From the NCBI GenBank assembly GCA_036172245.1, contig JAYWIR010000033.1, positions 1,302,001 through 1,366,000 of the forward strand: 64,000 nt of DNA, in the 5' to 3' direction. Origin of the DNA: Raillietiella orientalis. Taxonomy: Eukaryota. The notes beneath the pieces were generated by a model. That model did not search any database, had not been told where the DNA came from, and saw nothing but the letters and a program-made list of their open reading frames with translations. A program made the position numbers and the translations under genes. Below, piece after piece: positions 13,951-24,804 of the stretch (its first letter is position 1; every line of letters begins with the position of its first letter).

Positions 13951-14859
13951 TGTCAGGCACTGCCTTAGGTTTCTCATGCTGCTAAGCTGCCTGCCGTGCG
14001 AAGATTTGTGGCTGCCGATGCTTTTTTCCTTTTTTTTCCCTCTTTTTTTTTCTTTTGGGAAGTGCGAAATTCGCGCTGTTCCAGGAATTGATCGCGAAAC
14101 CCTGCGCATGGTTGCGTGCCTGCATCTCATTACTGCGTCTTGCGGGACCTTCCCAGCAAGTGAAAAAAGTCAAGAAGAATGCTGCTGGAATTTGTGGCTC
14201 CTGAGAGACGCAAGTGATGCGCGCAAGCGATGGCGCATGGCTTTCAAAAAGATGGGATTCCTTTAACGAGGAAACTTCTTTTTTTTTTTCCAATGAGCTA
14301 ACGAACTGTTTTGTGAGTGAGCTTGATGACCTCTTGTCAATGAGATTGATGAGCTGTTTTCAGCGAGATGGATGGCCTTCGTCATTGAGATTGATATTCC
14401 CATAATTGCATACGTCAGCTGCTCTTCGCAGATGCCGTAACGAAAAGTGTGTATGCGTGCGTAAGCTCGTCTTCTCGAATAGGTGTTTGTGAACACACTC
14501 GGAAATACTCGCCGTTTTCACAGTCGGAAGCCCTACAAAACTCTGTAGTCATTCCGCATTCTTCTTGGCTCATCTGTTGGGTAAACCCATCACTGGAGAA
14601 CCATTCCTGACACCTGCTTAGCCGAAAGGGTTGCTTCATCTGCTTGGCTGCCTATTTTGGTCACTCTGAAATTACACTCAGGTGGCAGCACAGGCTGCAG
14701 CTAAATCTGTGACCTCCCTACCTGACTAGTGAAGTGCAAGTGACTATTTATTCATCTACGTATTCATACACTTCCATTACCCATAGTGTGGCTTGGGTGA
14801 GCCTCTCAATTTGAGAAGAGGGTGAGAACGCAGTTCCCATCTTCTATGCTTATTTCCGT

Positions 14860-15350
14860 CGACAAATAAAGGTGGTGGCTCAACAGGAAGTCAATAAATT
14901 CCCGTAGCGATCGAATACTCTTCGAGTTCTGACGGCCATCTTTGCTATCGGATCACTTCTTTCAGTTGCTGGAATAGAAGTCACCTAAAGTTCTGGATAT
15001 TGTTTGTTTGTTTGTTTTTAGAAGAAAAAAAAAAAATCAAAATCGCGATCACGTCAGGAATTGCGAGGAAAGGATTTTCCAAGGCTTTCACCACCTTTGG
15101 GACGTGAGAAGTTGCGTTGTTGGTGATGAAGGACTGGTGCAAGACTGAAGGAGTTCCCTCGGCGCGAAGAATTTCCTTTGGGACACCTTCCTTGCTTGAT
15201 CTTCGGAGTTCCGTGGAACCAAAAGAAATGGTAAGTCCTTTGGCCAGTTCGGTTATCCACGCCTCAACTCTGTCGTTCGGAGGAGCGCCTACCTGTTGCG
15301 TCCAGTGAAATTCCTAGAAGAGTTGAATGGTGCTCCGCACGTTGATCTGG
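14860..15350 (-). mobile_element. Second diverged copy of the ORF1-like region
   Basis: ctcaacaggaagtcaataaattcccgtagcgatcgaatactctt aligns with ctcaacagggcgccaacaaattcccgcagcgatcgactactctt (~12817-12862). Confidence 0.4.
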
Positions 15351-15471
15351 ACGCTCATAAACTCAGACGTCCGAAAAACAGGAACTGGTATTAGTTAATA
15401 AGGATACAGACAAAGATTCCTGTTGACTTAACCTCAAGCAGACAGCTTAAGAACACGGATAAAACTTAAAG

Positions 15472-16303
15472 ATGGTTGTTCACCCGGTCACGCCAGGGCG
15501 TTTTTTTATGGACACACAAATAAGCAAACAAATTGGGAACCCAGTTCCCAGGGAAAACGACAAGGAGCGCGCAGGTCGGTCACTCTGCAAGTCCGGAACG
15601 GGAGAGAAAGGAAGTATAAATAAATAAAGGGAAAATGGGGACAGATGTCTTTGGCACTGGATGCTGCTCCCTTCTCAGGACCGGCGCTGAATGCCGGCCA
15701 TCCCCGACTCGACTTCTTACTGCAGGTGAGGCCACCTCCCAGCCGTCCTCGTGTTGGCGCCTCCCAGGCGGGGGTGACCTCCCTTCCCTGCGCTCCAGAC
15801 TCCAGCACACGGCAGGATGTGGCGTCCGCGCGGATGCAGCACTTCGTTGGAATCATGGCGCCTCCTGACTCCGCCTCTCGAGAAGAATCTCCGCAGAAAC
15901 CTCTTGGAGGCGTCATCCGAAAGCAGGAGACCTGAAGGCAACCACCGACACAGTCGGCGCCTCAGCCCAGTAATCGGTGAAGAAAAAAACGATCCAACGT
16001 TCCCGTCCCTGGAGGAGTGCGGTGAGGCTACTGTGTGACGCTGGTTGCACTGGAAACCCGAGCGCGGGAACGGCAGCACATCCCCAAGGGGAACACAGGA
16101 GTGCTCGTACGCAAAAGGGGGATCGCAGGTTTCTCGGGAGGCACACTCGAGAGTTCTCCCCACCGAAGAAGTCGCTTTGCCCGGTATCGAGGAGTGACGG
16201 CTCGTCCACCAGCTCGCTCGTCTTGCAGCCATCCAGCAACCCCTCAGCGGCTCAGGAGAACTCCCATGCCGCTGGTAGCCTGGTCATCTTTAGAGAAGAC
16301 AGT
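15472..16303 (-). mobile_element. LINE-derived 3' unit (~830 bp), copy A
   Basis: Near-identical to 32391-33218. Contains LLRWGEL, RWPHLQ and the structured 3' UTR. The frame is broken. Confidence 0.85.
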
Positions 16304-16319
16304 GCTGCGAATAGAGGTG

Positions 16320-17560
16320 TGATAGTCATTTGGGACCAATTCGTGGAGGACATTGGTGAAGGCGAATGGTGGAGTGGAGCTAGCAGACGGCAAAGTGTCT
16401 TTGAGCTCATTTCCAGGACTGCAGTTCAGTTCTCCACAACCTTCTGCCACCAGACATCCCAGCTCTTGGAGCACCAGGGGCAACCTTCCAGAACTGAAGT
16501 CCAGTTATCTATATAAGTTATCTATATGGGTAGCCATATCCTTGCTTGCTGCACCTGCTGCGTGCTAGCAGCGAGAAAAGTTATTTGCTGCCGCTGCAGA
16601 GCGGAAGGATGAGGTGTGCAGGAGCTCGCCGTGGAAAAGTCCGCAGTTTAACACAGAGCGCCAGCTGCCAAAGGTGCCCTTGGAACTGCCCAAATCTCAC
16701 ACGGTGCTGCAAAGTCTTTCAGGAGAATCCAGGACTTTGAAGCGTTCCAGAGGACTTTCTTCTTGAGGGCTCGCACCTGGACTTTCTTCGAATAGGGAGA
16801 CGGGCAAACAAAAAGCAGGAAGGAAAAGAACTGTAAAAGTACTCCAGATGGTTTCCCATTCCTTCAAGAAGAAGTTACCATCGAGGAACGGGACGGGAGT
16901 CCATTTTGGCCTTCTAAATGTAGCGCGTTTACGCTTCTTGAAGCGCGAAGGTCTCCCAGCTGAGCACCAGCGTGAAGATTGTCGAGGATGCAAAGATCTC
17001 AGTTCCCTTTATTCCATGCGGTCTCTCGGTTCTTTTTACTCAATCAATAAAAAGAACTGCTTTGCATGCGTGCCCGTGCCTTATTGCTCCTTCTTGGTAT
17101 CCCAAGATCTCAATGAGCCCGGGATAATCGCGCGAACTCACGCGCGGATTCCTGGGAGTGAAAGGGAAAGCTGGTTCTCCTCCTTTCGTTCACACAACTC
17201 CTTGCACCCTTGCACAAAAGCTAGTGACCTCCGGAGCTCAGTGCTGCAGGTCAACGGGCATAGGCATGACGCAACGTCAGCAAGGTACCCGGAAGACTCA
17301 TCAGATGAATGGACATCCTAGAATTTCTTGCACAAAGTCCATGCATCAATTCAGGAAGAATTGTAGCATTCTTCACGTAACCATAGAAACGCGAAGGCGC
17401 AGAACGGAATTACCGTTGTGCCTTTGTGAGAAATCAGCGAGAAAGGTTCCTCGATGAAGTCCCTTCCAGCCACCTTCCCAAATGAGGCTGCCATCAGGAG
17501 TTCCGTGTTCCAGGAAGACATCCGGATGCTTCCGTGACGCGAACTCCCGTCCAGAGCCTG
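16320..17560 (-). mobile_element. LINE fragment: EN start, linker and RT N-terminus (internally deleted)
   Basis: IRMSSWNT (~17505-17530, EN start xSWNxRG). PKWTPVPFLDGNFFLKEWETI (ORF 16697-16993, KxPGxDGxxxxFFxxxW). Confidence 0.6.
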
Positions 17561-18499
17561 ATGTTCTGTTCCCTGTCGACTTCCTGGACTAGGAGGGCAA
17601 ACAGAGAAAGGCAAGGGCTCGAATCGACGGTACGCATCGAGAGGGATCGCAGCGCCTCCGTAGCGGCGCCGACGCCGCCACGGGGGAGCACCACCCGGTC
17701 TCTTTGGAAGCCGGCCGTGGGAACGCGACGGAGCGCGAGCATCCGTGGCCCCACCGCTGCTGCAGCCCACGAAGGGAGACAAACACGTCGGCGGGTCTCC
17801 CGGGAAGCCCAGTAGAGGCGTCTCTCCCGCACGCTGCGCCCCGGCCTGGCCACGTGCAAACGACGTTACGCCATCGCACCGGGTCGGCGCTGCAACCTCA
17901 TGGGGCGCCCTTTGGCCGCTCCGGTCCCTCGTCGGGAAACCAGGAAGCGTCCCGGCCCTCCCAGCGCGCCGCTCGCTCGCACAGTCGTAGCTGGCGGAAG
18001 ACGGCGGGCAACGCCACTTCGAAATCTGAGCTCACGAAGATGGAAGACAAAGAAGCTTCGAATTCGAATATGTGCCAAGAGAGAAGACAGCGAGCTAACT
18101 CTGCTGTTCGACTGCTCGATTTCTGGACTTCTCCTCGTCTCCCCTTCCCCATCCCCGAAGATTTTTTGAGTAGCTCCACATTTCTGGACAACACCGTGTT
18201 TGCTGCTAAAGCACTCGATCCTCGTTTATGCCTGGCAGCTGACGATCTTCTGCGTCGAAGGCACGAACTTCTTCCGAAGCGACTTTATCATCCCTCGGGC
18301 TCGCTCGCACCGCCACTCCCAGAAGAGGGCAGCGGCTGAAACCGCTCCCTGACCAGCTGCCATCCGGAGATTTTCGCACGCCTCGCGTGCTCGAAGCACC
18401 CCCTCCGCGAGTTTTGGAAAGCCAAGGACGGATCCCAGCACAGCAAGCCCTTCGAAGCTCCCAGTCGGACACCAACAAGCGCCTTTCTGGGGGTGCACA

Positions 18500-20300
18500 C
18501 GCCCAAGAGGAGCCTTTCTTTCCCCTTTTAGGAAAGTTGCATTGAATTGCGAGCCTCCGAGAGCAAGAAATTCCCGATGCGATCATCGCTGGCACACACT
18601 CCTGAAGCAGCCGCAGCTACGAAGATTGTTTTGCTTTGCCTTTCCCGTTAACTCCGGCCACGCCGGCGAGTTTATTGAACAACAGCAATGAGGTTACAAT
18701 ACGTCGTGGGAGTATTTGTCCTGCAAAGAACGAAGTTTGAGGCTCTGGCCGTCAACTTCAGCGAATGGTTGCCTTGGTGGAGGATGAGAGAAACTCCTGG
18801 ATCTCCTGCCATACGCGAACTCCACCGCCTCACTGCAAGAGTCAGTCTCTCATGGAGAAAGATCCATTGCTCGAGCGAGGTAGAAAGCAACTGCCTCCAA
18901 AGAGGAAGGAAGACACGCTCGACAGCCGCTGCAGAAGATCGTGAGCGCTCCACGCAAGCTGCTGTGGGCATCGCTCATCCCCTCGCTCCAGTGCTGCCCT
19001 CCCTCAAAAACGCAAAAGACAGAGACATTCCGGCAAGATGGGAAGTGTCCAGCCGCACAAAAGGAAGTAAAAAAAACTCTAAGCTCCTGGACAACTCGGC
19101 AGCAAGCGGACGCTGCAGCTCCGAGGGTCCTGCCAAAAGGACTGGAGCGGCTGTGCAGACGCAACGTGTCCAGCTGCGGACCGGAGATCCGGTGAGTGGT
19201 CAAGCTGACCAGGACCAACAACGATATCTTCCTGAGACCCGCGAACGGTAGCTTCTGATGCAGGGAACCATCCGCACGTGGGCCAAGAACAACGGAGCGA
19301 GCCTGGAGATGCGGCAGCAAATGCTACACTCCTTCTAAGACAACCTCTCGCTGCAGGACGTCATCGTTCAGCCCACCACGCGTGCGCGGACGCAAAGAAG
19401 CTCCCTAGCCGCGACACTGCCCTCCCTCAGGGAGCACTTGCTCAATAACCAGTCGGTCAAACGGGAGGTCAGTTGCGAACTAGGTCTCCGGACGAAGGAA
19501 TTAGGTGGGTGGACCACGGACCAGCTCACGGGCGCTTCGATCCCAAGTACCCCATCGAAAGGACTATTGCGCTGGGGTGAGCTGCTGGGAATACCACAGA
19601 AAGATCTCGAGTGGCCCCCAGCGCTGAACAACACCAGTCTTGCCCCCCTGAAGTGTCAAAAGTCGACACTTGCGCTGCTGCATTGGGGTCTCCTGTGCAA
19701 CGTCTGCCGGTCTCACGGGATCCGGGGAGCTGTGGACTACAACTGCTGCAGGTGCGTGGAACGGGAATCCCTCCTGCATCTGCTTGTGGGCTGTGTTGCC
19801 CTCCGACCCCTTGCGTTAACGCAACTTGTAGTTGCGTTACGCAACGGCCCTTGGTGCACCGACGGACAATCACAGGTACGTGATGAAGCGCCTCTTTGTG
19901 CGCGATGCCCTTTCTCCCGGAGCATATCCAGCAGCTCTCTGCTGCTGTCTACACGGGATTGTGGCGGCCTGGAGCTACGCGAGAGGAGGACGGCACGATA
20001 GGGACGCCATCTGCCTCGCCGTGCGCTTCCTGCGGACGGCAGCCAGATGGCTCTACCTGGGGCATACTCGCATAGACTTGCCGGCATCCTGGAAAGGATG
20101 CAGAGGACGCCCATCAGCACCCAGTGATCCCTTCCCTAACCCTCCCAATTTTTTTAGATATATTTTTTTGCTTTATTTTCATTGTGTATGCCCTCTCTCC
20201 GCTGCCGAGGTGAACCTGCTGATCTGCGTGCCGGTCACTCGGCAATTTCCGAGCATTTTCGAACAATTCAGGGCCGATTACTCTACGCATGTATGTTTAC
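18500..20300 (+). mobile_element. Decayed LINE: EN remnant joined to zf-RVT C-terminus and 3' UTR
   Basis: ORF 19438-20001 has SKGLLRWGELLGIP...LLHWGLLCN...YNCCRCVERESLLHLLVGC, a clear CCHC zf-RVT, followed by FLRTAARWLYL and a T-rich UTR. The EN assignment of 18500-18900 is weaker. Confidence 0.8.
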
Positions 20301-20309
20301 TTTTCATCA

Positions 20310-20830
20310 TAAACGTCCGACTTGGTGATAAACCAAAAGGATTCTTACGCTGGGACGAGCTGATCGCGATATCTCCGGAGGAGGCGAAGTGGCCCCCAGA
20401 GTGTTGGGACAGTGGAACACCCTCCCTTGAGCAAGAGTTGGCATTTCTGGCGTTGCGTTATGGAATCCCATGCAAATAGCTCCTCCATCACAGGACACAG
20501 GGGAGTGTGTATGCCAGCTGTGAAAGTTGCGGCGAGAAGGAACTCTTCCCGCACCTATTAGAGGACTGCGGCGCCCTCCGAGCCCTTTGGGATCGACTCT
20601 CGACAATCCAGAAAATCCTGGCAGGCGACCACAGTAACCTTTTCCGGCGCCTCTTCGTGCGTGCCTCCCTGCCACCAGCCGCAGTTCCCTGCTGTGTCCG
20701 CGGGATCGCAATAACCTAGAACGCTACAAAACAAGGCCAGAACAGCAGGGACGCCATCCACTGGGCAGCAATTTTCTTGAAGACCGCCTCTCGATGGCCC
20801 CTCGTCCTGGGGAAAAAGAAATCACAGAAA
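20310..20830 (+). mobile_element. 5'-truncated LINE 3' fragment (zf-RVT unit)
   Basis: KPKGFLRWDEL...YGIPCK*...SCESCGEKELFPHLLEDCGALRALW...FLKTASRWP. Confidence 0.8.
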
Positions 20831-21553
20831 ACTTCCGCGCGGGGAAGGATAGACGGCTCGAGCGAGGCGGAATGCGCCTGCCTGAGACAAGGCAGAGACG
20901 CTCGTAAGTCGCCGCGGGAGATCGTGACCAGCCCATGCAAGATGCTGCAGGCTTTGTCCACTCTCCTTGCTTCAGTGCTTCTGCCCACTCTGAGGGGAGC
21001 GAGGGACAGCGACCTACCAGCACAGCAGGAAGTGGCGTGCTGCATGGCTGCAAAAGGGGAAACTTCTGGGTGCGTGAGAAATCCGGCCACTTACAGACGC
21101 TGCGATCCCGATTGTTCCACCCAAAGGACTTCTCCGATAAGGCAAACTGCTGGGGAATTCCTCGACAACCCCTGTTGCAGTCCCCAGTGTCGAAGGGCGA
21201 CTGCACCTTCCCACTTCAGTGGCAGTAACCGACGTTGCTGCTTCTGCATTGGGTGATTCCATGTAAAGAGCGCCTTCACCACTGGACATTGGGCAGTGTG
21301 AGTGTGCAGGGAAAGGGAGACCCTCCAGCACTTGCTCTTTGACCCTGTGGAAAGGTTTCTCGACGGTCCTCGGGATCCCCGGGAGCAATCTCAGAGACGT
21401 CGTCAAGCTCCCCTTCTTGCATAAAGCACTGCCACCAGCCGCGTGAGTGACAGTGGCGGCATGGAACGCCGTGAGAAGAGCCAACGCGACAGAGGTGCCA
21501 TCCATTGATGAAAACTTTTCCAGGATCGTCTCGAGATGGCTCCATCTGGCAAC

Positions 21554-21750
21554 AGATAAACGGCAACTTCCAGCCAGCACCCTCTAGAGGACGAACGGGA
21601 CGTCGCAGGACACACAGTGATCCCTTCCCACCTCACACACATGAAAAATCATGTTCGCTGGAGGTGTGTGAATTGGGAAGGGATCACTTTGTGTCCTGCG
21701 ACGTCCCGTTCGTCCTCTAGGGGGTGCTGGCTGGAAGTTGCCGTTTATCT
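21554..21750. repeat. Long inverted repeat (arms ~87 bp, 22-nt loop)
   Basis: 21554-21640 is the reverse complement of ~21664-21750 with only a few mismatches or indels. Confidence 0.95.
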
Positions 21751-21751
21751 T

Positions 21752-21818
21752 AACAAAAAGAAACAAAAAACTTATGAAAAAGCATGTTCGCTGGAAAAGT
21801 TTTTTGTTTCTTTTTGTT
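21752..21818. repeat. Second inverted repeat (22-bp arms) with a near-identical loop
   Basis: aacaaaaagaaacaaaaaactt (21752-21773) and aagttttttgtttctttttgtt (21797-21818) flank atgaaaaagcatgttcgctgga. Confidence 0.95.
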
Positions 21819-21984
21819 CTGTTTTTCCCCATCCCTCGTGTCCCCGACTGGTCCCCGAGAGCAAGTGGGAGCGAACTTTCTTTTTTGTGCGTGTGTTCGT
21901 GGTAGAACTAAGTGCTCTACCCAAATGTACATTAGTTATTGTTATAATAAATCTCCCGGAGAACCTGGGTGAAAAGCTAGGTCG

Positions 21985-22265
21985 CAATCAGCACCGAAGG
22001 CGAGTGGGGTAGCCAGGATGCGTGCTCATGGATGTGCGCATTGCAAACAGTGGGGAAGGCCAACAGAAGAAAAAAAAAGGACGTAAATGAATAAAAAAGT
22101 GTAAATGCTTTATTTTTTTGAGGACCGCTGGGGACCAGGAGAGTGATTGCAGTCTGTTTCCAGGAGCCTATTGCGCCTTTCACTGGGTGCCGGCAGATTC
22201 CTCTTCTATGGGTAGCCAAATGGCGCAACCCTAGACGAGGATTGCCTCAGGAAGCCTCGGGCAGA
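21985..22265 (-). mobile_element. Very short LINE 3' terminal fragment
   Basis: GCAIWLPIEEESAGTQ resembles the family C-terminus (RWPHLQEEVESEVAGIQ) and is followed by a T-rich UTR. Confidence 0.4.
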
Positions 22266-22269
22266 GAAA

Positions 22270-24800
22270 GTTTTCACCCGGTCTCGCCTGGCCGTTTACT
22301 TGATAAAAATAAACTAGTCGGGAACAAAGTTCCCAGACGATGACAAGAAACAAAGGGGAGGTCCACCGGCACGCAGACCGGGTCAACGGAGAGTCTGGAA
22401 CGGGGGAAGGACAAAAGGGCAAAAAAAACAAACAAAATGGGGGGAGGGGACAGGGATTTTTCGTTTCGCCCTTCGTGCACCGAGACGAAAACAAAAAGCA
22501 CCGGAGAATATGGAAAATAAATAAATAAATAAAGGGAAAGAGGTATCAAAGGTCATCGGGTCAGCAATTTCTAACCGTCCATCAACCCGCGGTGGATGCC
22601 AGTGATCTCTTCCTTGGCTTCATCTTCCAGGTGAGGCCACCTTGCAGCTTCCCTGTTGTAGGTTGCTGCCTTTCTGGTGACCACCATTCGCTGGTCGGGC
22701 CCCAGCGATGGCACGGATGCAACATACGGTTGCAATTACTGCAACCGCCGAGAGACCTCTCGGCGCGAGGAATCGTCGCAGCACGTCTCCAGTGGTGCTA
22801 CTAGTCCAAGAGTGCCGTTTCCAGAGTCCGCCACAGTTCTTGGAGGACACTGCAGTATAAAAGGGATCGACTCCACCGACCCACACCTGGCACTGTTCGG
22901 GAATGCAACCCCTCCGGAAACTCGGTGCCGTCGCTCCTTACACTGGAATCTCCAGTGGATGAGGAGCAGTACGGTCTACTTCCAGGCGGGGGGGAATACT
23001 AAACCGTCCAGGCAATAGGGAGGGACCACAAGTTCTTCAGGGACAACACTCACAAGTTCTTCCCACTGAAGGAGTCCTTTCGCCAAAGCACGAGGAGTGG
23101 CAGCATCCTCCAGCTCACGCGTCTTTCAGGCAACGAGGGGTGTTGCATTTCCCTGGATGGTGCAGGAAAACTGCCACCTCGCCTGTTGGCTGCTGTCTTC
23201 TCTTGCCCTGTGGGCAAGCAGAGCTGCGACAGGATGTGACGGCCAGGTTCAAAAGCTCCACCGCGTCCTGCATCCTCACTACCAGGGGCCGTAGCAACAG
23301 ATGTCGTAGGGGGTGAAGATCTTGAGGACACATTCCCTGGAATGCAGCCTAGGATTCAACAACTTCCTGCAGCCAGGCGTGAAAGTTCGTTGGGAGGCAG
23401 GTTATCCACGGATGGGCTTCCACTAGAAAGAGTTGCCTCAGTGAGTAGCCGAACCCCTGCATCCAGTGACGAATGTTCGGCAGCAACGAAAGCAGTCCTT
23501 CCCTGAAGGCGCATCTTCGCAGGATGATGCGTGCAGGAGCACACAACGGGGCAGAGAAGTGCGGATGTGCCTGTCGGCACATCCGTAACCTACGGAGAGC
23601 TCCAGGTCGTCACTATTCCGCGGAGTCAGCAGAAAGAGTCGCGGCCCGCATCTTCGGACTGCATTGCATTCCACAAGAAAATTCGCTGTAGTGTGTCATT
23701 GGGGCTTCGCATCGGTGAGTGGAAGACCGTTCTGCATCGTTCACAAGTTGGCAAGAGAACAACACAGTTCGCAACCAGGTACCGGAAGGGTTCAAATGGC
23801 CAGCACCCGACACAATTCGGAGACACGCTTCTCCTCGTCCAGTGGTGTTGGCGAGTATACAGAAGACTCAGCAGGTGGTACCGATGTCCTCTTCCCCTTC
23901 CTCCCTCTTTATTGTGTATTTTTTGCACGCTTCCCTATACCTTCCCTGCCTTCTGTGGAACCAGCATACGAGTCGATGGTTGCTTCTTTTTCCTCCTTGG
24001 TATCTTCGAACAGTCAAGTGGAATCGACGATCCACGAGTTTACTTTTCCTCCTTTAGAAAAGTAAACGTCTCGGCGTCACCTGACGACGAGCATTGCGTG
24101 GGAGACCCTAGTGCAACATCAGCAGCGCGGTTCCCGACACTTCGCGGGAACTTTGAGAGCGTCACGAGGATCTCCAAAACTTCTAAAGAATTTCCACAAG
24201 GCTATCACTCACCCCTGGACTTTTTCATGGAACGAATGCACTTCGGAGTTCTCACTCTCCCCTGAACATTTGTATGAAGGTTCCTATTTGGTGGACACCG
24301 TGGTCAGGGCGTCCGCGAACTGACGCGAGCATCAGACATCTAAAGTCTTCTCTTCCCTTTTATTTGGTTCCACCCTGACACATCGAAGGGCTTGATTTTT
24401 TCCGTGTAGCTCGAATCGAGAATGCACCCCAAAAAATCGAAGGCTGGTGATCTAGCATCAACGTATTCCGGGGATGGACTGCAAACTCTTCCTGGGTCTG
24501 GGATTTTTGCCCACCTTTACGGATCGTCAGCTGACTCTAAAGAAAGCAAGGCAAAAAGGAGCGCAAAAATCGGCTCCGCATGTCGTTTCTCAGGGACGAA
24601 CCATCTTGGTACGAGTCGTCATCGTGGGAGGGGCTCATGAGATCCGGCAAACGGCAGCGTGATGAGGGAACTCGAGATTCCTAGGAAAGAAGCCGAGCAC
24701 TTGAGGTGGGAAACGGTGGTACTACCGCGTGAGGAAGAGATGTGCTCAAAAGAACTGTAAGCTCGAAGGGAGGAAAGGTTCGTTGCAGTTCCATAGCAGG
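22270..24800 (-). mobile_element. Decayed LINE ORF2 from RT to 3' UTR
   Basis: EFAVHPGIR (~24460-24490, RGxRQG). QFADA (~24305-24325, FADD). 23150-23230 is homologous to 5184-5255 (TAANRRxGSFPA). Structured 3' UTR at 22270-22550. Confidence 0.8.
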
Positions 24801-24804
24801 AAGG

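Larger units (their letters stand above)
21110..21975 (+). mobile_element. 5'-truncated LINE 3' fragment with 3' UTR carrying a fold-back rearrangement
   Basis: PKGLLR*GKLLG, LLHWVIPCKERLHHW and SRWLHL are present. AATAAA at 21946-21951 is followed by the terminal hairpin motif. Confidence 0.75.

Noticed and set aside
21641..21795. Duplicated 22-nt sequence as a CRISPR-like repeat
   Set aside because: Only two copies exist, the spacer is made of inverted flanks, the context is eukaryotic and there are no cas genes.
17500..24300. Long ORFs (>180 aa) in the track, such as 17704-18339, 19832-20479 and 23531-24265, as functional genes
   Set aside because: They are antisense or out-of-frame readings of GC-rich LINE relics, mostly with non-ATG starts and no coherent domain.
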